From positions 32,001 through 96,000 of IMG/VR virus record IMGVR_UViG_3300021400_001327: DNA of 64,000 nucleotides; one strand, 5' to 3'. Shown here one piece after another: positions 51,192 through 61,549 of this stretch. The DNA comes from a virus (lineage: Duplodnaviria; Caudoviricetes). The position numbers were made by a program, and so were the translations under genes. Each line of letters opens with the position of its first letter. The stretch's first letter is position 1. The notes under the pieces were generated by a model, which worked only from the letters and a program-made list of their open reading frames with translations, ran no database searches and was not told the origin of the DNA.

Positions 51192-52683
51192 AGGAGTAAA
51201 AATGGCACAGATAAAGACTTTTCCAAGGGACTGTACGAAAAAATGCCCACACTATAAAACGTGGGATATGTCCGTGGACGACTGGACATCATACTGCGAT
51301 TTGCTGAAAGAGCAGGTTGATGATTGCGACGAGGATTACATTCGGTTTCGTTGTCCGCTGGATGCAACTGTGGAATATGCAGACCAACCAACATTGCAAC
51401 CAGCGACTTAAATTGAACCAAAGTCAACGAAAGGAGCTCGCGAGATATGTTGGAACGATTCTACAGATTCAGACACAAGCTATTCGATCTGATCGAGAAG
51501 GTGGATGATGGATATCATAAGAGCTATGAAGGAGCGATGGAAGTACGGTTCCACTACCCAAACATATTTGAAGATGAACCGGTAGAGAAGGTCGACTTTG
51601 TAGAAATCGAAGTGCATTGCTATCTGCTGATAAACGGACGGCACATCACGTTTGAGGGCAAGACGTTCGACGATGCTTTGGATAAAGCAGAAGCGTGGCT
51701 TGAGCGTGTGACGGAAGAGGAAGGTTTCTGATAATGATTCCACTGCTGCTCATTGGTTTTCTTCTTGTCGTTGTTGCTGGCGTCTGGCTGTTGATTATGA
51801 CGGACGAAGAAGCGTTCTGGTTATCAACGACGTTGCGGTCGCACGAGTCTGACTGATTCAAAAGGAGACAGAAATGGTGATCAATCCATCTACAGTTTAT
51901 TGGATGAACGTGCTGTGTCATGTGCGGGAAATCGTACAGGTACTGATGATATCGTCTGCTATTTTTTGCACGATATCGCTTATATGTGGTTGGATAATCG
52001 ATGACGAACAAGAAAAGGCATGGTGTCGGACCTTTGCCTGCATTATGGCTATCATCTGCCTCGTTATGATTTTCCTATACATATTCATACCGGATAAACA
52101 GACCCTGGCAGAGATCATGCTGGCCAAACACATCCGTGTTGATGAGACTGGGTGGACCCCAAAGCTGGTAAGAGAGACAGCGGATTACGTCGTCAAGGCG
52201 TTCAAGCAAATCAAGTGAGGTGTGTTATGAAGATAATCGATTTTGAGAAGAAAGGGAATGTCGTCAGGTTCTACCTCGGTCAGGATAATCTGGAAGACTG
52301 GTACGGCGATGACTGGAATGACAGGCCATACGAGTACAACGCCGGAACTGTGTACGATGAGTTTCTTGCTGGATACAGAGATATCGCGTTCGATTTTGAC
52401 TCGGTTGTTCTGGAGCCAAAGGATGACTATGAAAACCGCGGCAATTCAAAGTACTGTAAAGACGATATGCGGAACAGGGATGTGCCGTGCATCATTGTTG
52501 TGCCTGACGATGTTATTGAGGACAATTGTTGTAGGGATGAATTCAATAGGTACGTTGGCAGCGACCGTGTAACAAAATTCTACTTTGGCGACAGGATGGA
52601 GCCTGACTATGTATACGATGCTCCACCGAAGCGTGATGAAAACTATAGGCTGATCGCAAAACCGGCCAACGGGGGTTGATAAA

Positions 52684-53586
52684 ATGCAGGAAGTGAAGCA
52701 CAACGGAATCACCAAGTATATCTACCAGCGTCTTCTGGCCTTCATCGGAAACCCGTATGGGGTCGCCGGATTGATGGGCAACCTCTACGCGGAATCAGGT
52801 CTGCGCTCTGACAACCTTCAGAACAGCTTCGAGCAGAAGCTCGGTATGACAGACGAAGAGTATACAGACGCCGTCACGAACGGCACGTATACGAAATTCG
52901 CCAACGACGGTGCTGGATACGGCTTGGCGCAGTGGACCAATAGTGCCCGGAAACAAAATCTGCTTGGTCTGTCGAAAGCGATAGGCGCGGCCATTGACAG
53001 TGTGGAGATGCAAATCATTTTCCTGATCCTTGAGCTCCAGAATTACTCACTCGTATGGAACGTCCTGACAAAAACGTCAAGTTCGTATGAAGCGTCTGAT
53101 GCGGTATTGGAACACTACGAGAAACCGGCTACGATAACTGACTCCTCGCGGGACAACAGGCGTTCGTTCAGCGTACAGTACTATCAGCTGTATGGGAGCG
53201 ATGAAAAAATAGCTTACAGTAATGATGAATCTGTCATGTTTGCTGGTGTGCTGAAGCGTGGAAGTCGTGGTGCTGATGTCAGGACGCTCCAGCAGCAACT
53301 GAAAAGGCTTGGCTATGCTGGCGGAACGCTTGCTGTGGACGGTGCATATGGAGAGAAAACGGGAGCGGCTGTCAGTGAGTTTCAGAGGGATTACCACCTG
53401 TACTCTGACGGAAAAGCTGGGGCTGTCACACAGTATGTGCTCAAGCTTCAAGAGCGTGATGGATCGAGATACACAGTTGTGATTGGCAACCTCGATTTCA
53501 CAAGCGCAATGGAGCTTTATCACAAGTATAAAGACGCAATCATCAGAGAGGGACATGTCGATGCAAAAAATTCCGACTTTGTTTAA
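52684..53586 (+). CDS. Phage lysozyme-like protein with peptidoglycan-binding domain
   Basis: AGLMGNLYAESG, GYGLAQWT, YEKP; LKRGSRG.DV..LQ..L..LGY..VDG.YG..T..AV..FQ. Confidence 0.85.
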   Translation: MQEVKHNGITKYIYQRLLAFIGNPYGVAGLMGNLYAESGLRSDNLQNSFEQKLGMTDEEYTDAVTNGTYTKFANDGAGYGLAQWTNSARKQNLLGLSKAIGAAIDSVEMQIIFLILELQNYSLVWNVLTKTSSSYEASDAVLEHYEKPATITDSSRDNRRSFSVQYYQLYGSDEKIAYSNDESVMFAGVLKRGSRGADVRTLQQQLKRLGYAGGTLAVDGAYGEKTGAAVSEFQRDYHLYSDGKAGAVTQYVLKLQERDGSRYTVVIGNLDFTSAMELYHKYKDAIIREGHVDAKNSDFV

Positions 53587-54154
53587 GCGCGAGTTTATCG
53601 ACCGCCATGTTGTTAAAATTCTGCCGGAAGTCACGCCTGGGCTGGAATGGGTGTTGCTTGGCGGCGGTATCCCCACGGTCAAGTATGACGGCGCCTGCTG
53701 CGCGATCATTGACGGTGTGTTCTATAAGCGCTATGACGCGAAACGGAACAAGGATGGCATCCAGAAGTCTCCCCCGCCGGGAGCTATTCCGTGCTGCGAC
53801 CCAGACCCCGTGACCGGTCACTGGCCGCACTGGGTAAAGATAGACGCGGGGAAACCGGAAGACAGATGGTTCATTGAGGCTTACATAAACACGGGGCGCG
53901 ACCGTGAACTTACAGACGGAACGTATGAGGCCGTCGGTCCACACTTTCAAGGCAACCCGTATCACTTGAATTTTGAACACCTTATCAAGCACGGCGAGGA
54001 CGTTATCCGTCTTCCAGACCGTAGCTTTGAAGCTATCAAGGAATACCTGCAATGGAATCACATTGAGGGCATCGTCTTTTGGAAGGATGGCAAGCCGGAA
54101 TGCAAAATCAAACGTTCGGACTTCGGCTTCCCGTGGCCGATTCTTAAATGTTAA
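53561..54154 (+). CDS. RNA ligase-like nucleotidyltransferase (DUF5565-like)
   Basis: KIPTLF.R, KYDG, GTYE.VG..FQGNP, EGIV, KIKR.DF. Confidence 0.65.
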   Translation: MQKIPTLFKREFIDRHVVKILPEVTPGLEWVLLGGGIPTVKYDGACCAIIDGVFYKRYDAKRNKDGIQKSPPPGAIPCCDPDPVTGHWPHWVKIDAGKPEDRWFIEAYINTGRDRELTDGTYEAVGPHFQGNPYHLNFEHLIKHGEDVIRLPDRSFEAIKEYLQWNHIEGIVFWKDGKPECKIKRSDFGFPWPILKC

Positions 54155-54363
54155 CGATTTGTTAAGTTGGTGTCCGCAAAAAGACTTAATTTGCGGACGT
54201 CCATAAAAATGGCAGGTCGGAATCATAAACGCCTGATAGCACACGATATTTGTGAGCAGGCTTTCTAAAAATAGCCGGACAAACCTGTCCTGTACAAACA
54301 CGCGGCTTGTCCGTTAACATAAATATGCGATCGCAAACGACGGAAAAAGAAGGAGAAGAGAGA

Positions 54364-55440
54364 ATGAAGGAATTGTTTGTTCTGCGCAACGTCGCCGACC
54401 TGAAAGCCCACCCGAAGAACGACTATTACTTTGACCCCATCGAAGGAGACAAGTGGATCGAGTTCGTTGACTCGGTTAAGCTCCACGGCGTCATCAACCC
54501 TATCGTTATCGCGCCGGACGGGACGATTATAAGTGGGCATATGCGGGTCGAGGCTTGCAAGGCGCTCGGCATCAAGGAGATTAAGTGCTATATCCTTGAC
54601 GTGAGCGAGGAAGATCAGGAGATCGCACTGATCGAGAGCAACGTCAGGCAGCGCGGGACCATCAATAGCCCCTCCGTTAAGATGGGGCGCGTCATCAAGG
54701 CAATGGAGCAGTACAAGAGCAAGGGCGAAGTCCGTAAGGAACTTCAGATCGACTACAACGTGGCCAGCAGGTCCAAGTGCCTCGCCGACATGCCGGAAGA
54801 GGTACAGGAGCTCATCGAACTGGACGTCATCTCTCCGCGCACAGCGCTCAGCCTTGTGCGGAAGCTGACGCCAGAACAGCAGGTCGAGCTTGCCAAACAG
54901 CTTGACCCCGTCCGCCAGTACACTCAGAACGAGATCGCGGCGGCGATCAAGGAGCTTCCGTCCAAGGAGAAGGTGGACGAGCTCCAGAGCAAGCTGGTCG
55001 AAGCCCAGAGGAACCAGAACGAGGACGAGCTCGAGCTTCGACAGAAAGTCAATGAGCTCACCGAGCGTGAGCGCAAGGCGTATGAGGACCTTCAGGCGGA
55101 GAAGCGGGCGCGTCGGACCATGATTGCGGACTACGAGCGCAGGATTGAGAACGTGGAATCGCTTCTGGAGAATGCCTCCAGCAACGCCAAGGACCTGGTC
55201 GAGCTCGCTGAGGAACGCGACGAGTACATGAAGAGCGCGGAGACCGCTCAGTGCGACGCGGATCTGAAGCTTCTCTGCCAGTTGGTGGAGTCTGTGGCAA
55301 AGGGTCTGTCCGAGGTAGCGAACGACCCGACGCCGCTGTATGGCGACATGGCGACAAGGGCAAGCAGCGCCATCAGCGAACTGAGCGGCGTTCTGGAGAA
55401 GATTACCAGGCGTCTGAACACCGTGGACGGGGCGGCGTAA
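54364..55440 (+). CDS. ParB-N domain protein with coiled-coil C-terminus
   Basis: LK.HPKN, GVINPI, IISGH.R, ESN..QR. Confidence 0.8.
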   Translation: MKELFVLRNVADLKAHPKNDYYFDPIEGDKWIEFVDSVKLHGVINPIVIAPDGTIISGHMRVEACKALGIKEIKCYILDVSEEDQEIALIESNVRQRGTINSPSVKMGRVIKAMEQYKSKGEVRKELQIDYNVASRSKCLADMPEEVQELIELDVISPRTALSLVRKLTPEQQVELAKQLDPVRQYTQNEIAAAIKELPSKEKVDELQSKLVEAQRNQNEDELELRQKVNELTERERKAYEDLQAEKRARRTMIADYERRIENVESLLENASSNAKDLVELAEERDEYMKSAETAQCDADLKLLCQLVESVAKGLSEVANDPTPLYGDMATRASSAISELSGVLEKITRRLNTVDGAA

Positions 55441-55525
55441 GCCGCCTTTGTCTCTGTTATTGGATCTAACCAATTATTATGTATCCCCGATACTGTATCA
55501 CCCTGTATCATCGAAAGGAGAACGC

Positions 55526-56287
55526 ATGGAAAACAAAGAGGATATCATGTCGATGAACCTGTATCAACGTCTGGCGAAAGTCAGAGATATCGCTGACGTC
55601 GTGCAAAAGAACAAGTCCGGCTATGGCTACAAGTACACGTCGGAAGACGAGATTCTGGCCAAGGTCAAAGCTGGCATGACGAAGTATCGTGTATCTATCT
55701 ATCCAAGAGTGGACACGGAATGCTTCAATAGCCAGCCGCGCAACTACGAAAAAATGAAGTACGACAAGGCTGCTGGCAAGAACGTGACCACTACCGAAAC
55801 AGAATGGCTGGTGGACGGGACGGTCGTTTATTCCGTTATCAACGATGACGATCCTAACGACCGCTTTGAAGTGACGTGGCCTATCTGCGGTTCGCAGTCA
55901 GACAAAGCACAGGCGTTTGGCTCAGCGCTGACTTATGCCAATCGTTACTTCTACCTGAAGTTCTTCAATATTGCCACATCCGAGGACGACCCCGACGAGT
56001 GGAAGCGAAAGAAGATGGAAGCGGCTGACGCGGAAGACGAGGCCGCAGCCAAGGTGGTTGTGCAGAAAATCGACGAGCTCTGCCGTGGTGGAATCACCGA
56101 AGAGAACAAGCAAGACATCATCAAGCTGGTCAAGAAGTACGCCAGGGATGGCGGGAAACCGTCAGGTAATTACCTGCTGATCAAGAAGCTGGATGACGCT
56201 AATGCCCTGTACACGGAACTGCGGCAGTTCTTCGATGGAACGGGAACAAAAACCAAGAAGACCGAAAAGAAAGAGGAGGCCAAGTAA
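55526..56287 (+). CDS. ERF-family single-strand annealing protein
   Basis: KNK.GYGYKY, GSALTYA.RY, EDDPD. Confidence 0.85.
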   Translation: MENKEDIMSMNLYQRLAKVRDIADVVQKNKSGYGYKYTSEDEILAKVKAGMTKYRVSIYPRVDTECFNSQPRNYEKMKYDKAAGKNVTTTETEWLVDGTVVYSVINDDDPNDRFEVTWPICGSQSDKAQAFGSALTYANRYFYLKFFNIATSEDDPDEWKRKKMEAADAEDEAAAKVVVQKIDELCRGGITEENKQDIIKLVKKYARDGGKPSGNYLLIKKLDDANALYTELRQFFDGTGTKTKKTEKKEEAK

Positions 56288-56289
56288 TT

Positions 56290-56739
56290 ATGGGTTTCAG
56301 GAATGATGCGTATGCTAAGCTGTGGAAACTGGACATGAGCAGGAAGTACCCTGAAGGGCAGATTTCCATCTCCCGCAAAGACAAGACGACTGGTGAGTAT
56401 GTCACGGACTTTCAGGGCTTCGTGACCTTCAACGGAAAGGCGGCTGAGGACATCCAGAAGGTGCCGAAGGAAGGCCGCTTCCAGATCAAGCAGTGTGATG
56501 TGTCCCGAGTCTTCAATAAAGAGAAGCAGCGGGAATATACGAACTTCCGCGTGTTTGAGATCGACGCCAACGTGGACAATGGTGGACAGCGCCAGCAGAC
56601 GAGTGGCCGAGCTCCGGCGACCGCGAAAGGCGACGACAACATGAGTGTGGCGGAACTGGAAGCAAGGCTGGCCGAGGCGAAGCTCCGTGAGAGTGGGAAG
56701 AATGTTGTGGGAGATCCTGATGAACTCCCTTTTGAGTGA
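56290..56739 (+). CDS. ssb: Single-stranded DNA-binding protein
   Basis: OB-fold-sized, acidic C-terminal DELPF, in the replication module. Confidence 0.75.
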   Translation: MGFRNDAYAKLWKLDMSRKYPEGQISISRKDKTTGEYVTDFQGFVTFNGKAAEDIQKVPKEGRFQIKQCDVSRVFNKEKQREYTNFRVFEIDANVDNGGQRQQTSGRAPATAKGDDNMSVAELEARLAEAKLRESGKNVVGDPDELPFE

Positions 56740-56784
56740 CGGGTTAGCCTTCCCACACAAAAAGGCGGATGAGGCGATGGCGGT

Positions 56785-57540
56785 ATGAGCTCACTGATTT
56801 ACGACGACTGGACGTGGTCCTACAGCCGACTCAGCCTGTTCAATCAGTGCCCGTATGCGTTCGCGCTGAAATACCTGTATGGGGAAACGTCACAGTCAAA
56901 CCAATATGCAGAGTTCGGCTCTTATATCCATAGTATACACGAGCAGTTTTACAATAAGGAATTGAAAGAGTCTGAGCTTGTCCCCTATTACATCGAACAC
57001 TTCAGCGAAGTGAACAGCCGTATGAGCGGCGAAGCGAGAAGTAAATACTTCCTTGATGGTCTCAACTACTTTGAGGGCGGGATACGGGTTGTCCCGTCCT
57101 CAATCATTGGTGTCGAAAAGGTTATCAACTTCAAAGTTGCCAACTACAGGTTTGTTGGAATCATCGACCTGTTGTATCGGAATGAGGACGGTTCACTGAC
57201 CATCCTGGATCATAAGTCCCATAACCTAAAACCAAGGTCTGGCCGCGTCAAGCCGACTGCAACGGACAGGGAGTTGGATGACTATCTAAAACAACTCTAT
57301 TTGTACGCTCACGGCGTTCATCAGCTGGGGTTAGGAAATGTCAGCACCCTTACGTTCAATTGCTTCAGGGGTTCTCAGATTATCGAAAACAGATATTCTA
57401 AAGCCAAGGAAGACGAGGCCGTTGAATGGGCGGTCAACACCATCGGGAAGATAGAGGATGCGACCGTCTTCGATCCGCGTCCAGACTGGTTCTACTGCCG
57501 CAATCTATGTGATTGCCGGGGCATCTGCGAGTACAAATAA
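56785..57540 (+). CDS. PD-(D/E)XK (RecB/AddB-like) exonuclease
   Basis: SYSRL..F..CP, GIIDL, DHKS, QL.LY, C-terminal Cys cluster. Confidence 0.85.
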   Translation: MSSLIYDDWTWSYSRLSLFNQCPYAFALKYLYGETSQSNQYAEFGSYIHSIHEQFYNKELKESELVPYYIEHFSEVNSRMSGEARSKYFLDGLNYFEGGIRVVPSSIIGVEKVINFKVANYRFVGIIDLLYRNEDGSLTILDHKSHNLKPRSGRVKPTATDRELDDYLKQLYLYAHGVHQLGLGNVSTLTFNCFRGSQIIENRYSKAKEDEAVEWAVNTIGKIEDATVFDPRPDWFYCRNLCDCRGICEYK

Positions 57541-57546
57541 ACAGGG

Positions 57547-59523
57547 GTGATGATGTTGGATCAGATATCACAGGAAGCTATACGGGAAGCGAAGGAAAAG
57601 CTCGGCGACCGGCAGGCCGACATGATTGCCGATATCCTCTCCCTTGAACAGTACAATCAACAGCGGCGTATCGCCTGCTGTCCACTTCATAACGACAAGA
57701 CGCCGAGCTTCAGCTATAACCCCCGGAGCAATAGTTTCTTCTGCTTTGGTTGTCACCGGACGGTCGATATTATTGACGCATGGATGATGAAGGGAGATAC
57801 ATTCCTTCAGGCGGTCGAGAAGTTGTTTACCGAGGCAGAGATGCCTCACAACTTCTCGTACCGTGGCGTCAAAGAAGACGACGAGACAGAGTTTTGCTAT
57901 CCAGAGCCGACCTACGCCGAGAACAAAGAACGCGTCTACGCGTACTGGCAGCGCCGTTGCATCTCGCCGGAAACAATCGACGCTATGGATGTGCAGGAAG
58001 ACCCGGATGGGAACACGCTGTTCCAGTTCTATGACTCTGCGGACGTCCTGAGGGCAGTCAAGTTCAGGCCGTCTCGCCCTGTCCCCCACGGCGAGCGGAA
58101 ATGCTGGTGGATGAAGGATAAGAAGAACCCGGCGCTCAAGCCCTATGTCGGAATACTGTTCAACCAGCACAAGCTGAACATCTCCCAGCCTGTCATTATC
58201 TGCACAGGCGAAGGCGACGCGATGGCGGCGTATGAGTGTGGGTTCCATAACGCGTCCAGCATTCCCGGCGGAGACCAGAACCTGAATTGGGTATCGTACC
58301 AGTGGGATTTCCTGACAAAATGTCAGCAGTTCGTGCTGGTATATGATAACGATGAGTCTGGCAGGAAGTACATCAAAGAGATTACGCGCAGGCTTGGTGA
58401 GGACAGGTGTAAGGTGGTTGACCTGCCGGAGACCATCGAACTGGAAGATGGTTCGGTCAAGCATATCAAAGACTTGAACGAGCTCTTGTTCTACGGTGGC
58501 AAACAGGCTGTCATTAACGCCATCAACAACGCGCAGGAGCGGAAGATTGAGTCTGTTATCGACTGCTCAGACGTGCAGGATATCGACATGGATGGTATTG
58601 ACGGCATGAAGACGGGGTTCAAGGAATTGGACTCATGCATTAACCGCTCGTATTGCGGAACTGTATCCATTGTGACGGGGGTTCCCGGCGCGGGCAAGAC
58701 ATCGTTTCTGTCCACTATCATTAATGAGGGCGTAGACCAGGGGTTTCCGACATGGGTCTACTCTGGCGAACTTTCCAATAGTGCATTAAGGAACTGGACT
58801 ATCAAGTGCAGGGCTGGACAGTTCTGGCTGGAGAAGGTCGTACGCGATGGATTCACATCCTATCAGGTGGTGCCGGAAGCCATCAAGAGGATGGATGAGT
58901 ACTATCGCGACAAGCTGTTGTTCTTCAAGGACACATATGACGCCACGCCTGATGCGCTGTTCCAATCACTGGAGTCATGCGTCAGGAAGTACGGTGTCAG
59001 GATGGCAGTCATCGACAACCTGTCGTCGGTCAACCTTGGCGCGTTCGGTGACCATTACTGGGATGAACAGAATAAGTTCATCAGGGACTGTATCGCAACA
59101 GCAAAACGACTGGATGTCATCATGTGGATCGTGCTTCACCCGAAGAAGATGGTCGAGTTCAATCGGGCGCCGGACCTATATGACCTGTCTGGCTCTGTTT
59201 CTGCGGCGAACCTCGCGCACAGGGTGTTTTCCCTGTACAGGGTCAAAGAAGAGGACAGACAGCCGGACAAGAATGGCAATCGCAGACCGTACACGGACTG
59301 CTCTGTACAGCTTCACATCGTCAAGGATCGGTTCACAAGCGCACTTGGCAGGGTCTATCCGCTGTACTATGACCCGAGCAGTCGGCGCTTCTATGACACG
59401 ATGGAAACACTCAGGAAGAACTACTCATGGGATACACAGTTGCACACGGACCCGCTGCCGTTTCTGACGGACGAGCAGGTTGCAATGATGCGTGGAGAGC
59501 TCAATGATGACGACCCGATTTAA
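57547..59523 (+). CDS. Primase-helicase (CHC2 Zn finger, TOPRIM, DnaB-like)
   Basis: CPLH.DKTPS, EGE.DA, DND..G, GVPGAGKT, IDNL, HP.K. Confidence 0.9.
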   Translation: MMMLDQISQEAIREAKEKLGDRQADMIADILSLEQYNQQRRIACCPLHNDKTPSFSYNPRSNSFFCFGCHRTVDIIDAWMMKGDTFLQAVEKLFTEAEMPHNFSYRGVKEDDETEFCYPEPTYAENKERVYAYWQRRCISPETIDAMDVQEDPDGNTLFQFYDSADVLRAVKFRPSRPVPHGERKCWWMKDKKNPALKPYVGILFNQHKLNISQPVIICTGEGDAMAAYECGFHNASSIPGGDQNLNWVSYQWDFLTKCQQFVLVYDNDESGRKYIKEITRRLGEDRCKVVDLPETIELEDGSVKHIKDLNELLFYGGKQAVINAINNAQERKIESVIDCSDVQDIDMDGIDGMKTGFKELDSCINRSYCGTVSIVTGVPGAGKTSFLSTIINEGVDQGFPTWVYSGELSNSALRNWTIKCRAGQFWLEKVVRDGFTSYQVVPEAIKRMDEYYRDKLLFFKDTYDATPDALFQSLESCVRKYGVRMAVIDNLSSVNLGAFGDHYWDEQNKFIRDCIATAKRLDVIMWIVLHPKKMVEFNRAPDLYDLSGSVSAANLAHRVFSLYRVKEEDRQPDKNGNRRPYTDCSVQLHIVKDRFTSALGRVYPLYYDPSSRRFYDTMETLRKNYSWDTQLHTDPLPFLTDEQVAMMRGELNDDDPI

Positions 59524-59533
59524 GGAGGGGTGA

Positions 59534-60706
59534 ATGCCAAACTATGTGATGTACCACTGTCATAGCGATTACAGCCTGCTCGACAGTTGTACAAAGTTCA
59601 GTGATTACATCGAACTGGCGAAACGCGATGGCATGACGGCGATTGGGTCCAGCGAACACGGACTTCCGAGAGGCAACATCAGCAAGATGATCGCCTGCCA
59701 GGAAGCTGGGCTGAAATTCCTCTATGGTGTTGAGGTGTATCTGACCAGGACGTTGAGTGGTGAAAAGGTCAGAGACAATTACCACACCGTGCTGATTGCC
59801 AAGAACCACGAGGGCATGAAGGAAATCAACCTCGCGGTCAAGCTGGCCTCGCGTGACGACCACTTCTACTACCAGCCGAGGATGACATTTGATGAACTGA
59901 TTCGGCTTTCAAAAAACGTGATTGTTATATCAGCCTGTGTCGCTTCGCCGCTAAGCAAGCTGCATGTCAGTGATGCGGACTACCAAAGACTGCTGAACCG
60001 CTACGATTATCTGGAGATACAGCACCATGACCACCCAATGCAGATAGCGTACAACCAACATCTGTACCAACTGTCGCTGGAGACAGGCAAGCCGCTCATC
60101 GCCGGGACGGACACACACTCCTCTACACCGTATAAGGCCGAGTGCCGCGACCTGCTGATGCTGGCCAAGGGCAAGTCGTTTCCCGATGAGGAGACCTTCG
60201 ACCTGACCTATAAGACCTATGATGAATTAGTGGCCGCATATGAGAAACAGGGCGCCCTCCCCCGTGACGTGTATCTTCAGGCGATTGAGAACACGAACGT
60301 GATGGCGGCGAGCGTGGAAGAGTTTACCATCGACCGCAGTAACAAGTATCCGATATCGTATGGCTCTGCCGAAGAGGACGCAAGGCGGTACAAAGAACTG
60401 ACATGGCAGATGTTCGAGGACAAGCTGAAGAAAGGTGTAATACCGAGGAGCCAGGAAGATGCGTTCAGGAAGGCGATAGAAGAGGAGCTCGCCACATTTG
60501 AAAAGCTGGGCATGTGCGGCTTTATGCTGTCTGAAAGCGAGCTCATTCAGTGGTGCCATGCTAACGGCATTCCAACCGGCCCAGCTCGTGGTTCTGTCGG
60601 CGGTTCGCGTGTGGCGTATGTTACGGATATCATCGACATGAACCCTGAGGACTATGGCACGATATTCAGCAGGTTTTGTAACGAAAATCGTATAGAAATT
60701 GGCGAT
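59534..60706 (+). CDS. dnaE: DNA polymerase III alpha subunit, exon 1
   Basis: PHP motif HCHSDYSLLD, GPARGS..GS; ends ..RIEIGD. Confidence 0.92.
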
Positions 60707-61549
60707 CAACCATACGGTCGCCCTTTGCAGTAATGCATCGAAAACAAGCTGGTGAACCAACATACGTTGGGTGTGCGGCGTTTGCCGTGCTAACGGTGAA
60801 AGCTAAACCGCAAGGCATGCTAATACCGTGGTAAGCCTTTAGGAAAGGAGGTAACCATATGATTGACTATAGTTTGCTGTATAGCGGAGAGGAATTGAAA
60901 GAAATCAATGGGTTTGAACATTACTATGTTTCAAATTATGGCCGTGTGTTTTCTGACGGAGAATACAGAAAGAGTGGCCGTCGTGACTTTCATGAGCTGA
61001 AGGGCAAGTACGGGAAGAATCCAGCGAAGTACGGTAATGTCATGCTCTCGAAGGATGGAAAGTATTACACGTTTATGATTCACCGACTTGTAGCTCTACA
61101 CTTTGTGCCCGGATATTTCGATGGCGCTGTCACCAATCATATCGACGGCAACAACAGAAACAATCGAGCCGATAATCTTGAATGGATAACTCAAAAAGAA
61201 AATATCCACAAGTCCTATGTCACATCAGGAGTCAATCAGCTTCGTCATTATGATGAGTGGGCTTTGTTTGACCCTGAGGGCAACGAACTCGGAGTATTCA
61301 AAGGTATGACGGCCATACACAGATTTATCGAGAAGAATCATCTTCCGACGTATGGATCTTCGTTAGAAAAGTATAAGGTCAGTCGTGGTTACCGTGTTGA
61401 AAAAGTTCCTAAGGAAACTGTAACGACTATCCAAATCGGAGTAGCGTGACGGTGAAATTCCGTCGTGCGAAGTGCCAGCCTCCGCAATAATGCGGATGAA
61501 GATATAGTCTACTCCCCTAATAAATATCGGGAAACCGAGGGTATAAAGG
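60707..61549 (+). mobile_element. Group I intron (843 nt) with homing endonuclease
   Basis: P1 GGCGAU/GUCGCC; GTAACGACTA; AAGATATAGTC; terminal G at 61549; splicing gives GD-IDTD in frame. Confidence 0.92.
60859..61449 (+). CDS. Intron-encoded NUMOD4/HNH homing endonuclease
   Basis: Y.VSN.GRV, HRLVA..F, NHIDGN..NN...NLEW.T..EN..H. Confidence 0.9.
   Translation: MIDYSLLYSGEELKEINGFEHYYVSNYGRVFSDGEYRKSGRRDFHELKGKYGKNPAKYGNVMLSKDGKYYTFMIHRLVALHFVPGYFDGAVTNHIDGNNRNNRADNLEWITQKENIHKSYVTSGVNQLRHYDEWALFDPEGNELGVFKGMTAIHRFIEKNHLPTYGSSLEKYKVSRGYRVEKVPKETVTTIQIGVA

Noticed and set aside
56785-57540. Cas4 / CRISPR adaptation gene
   Set aside because: RecB-like nuclease in an ERF-SSB-primase context, i.e. 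an ordinary phage recombination exonuclease.
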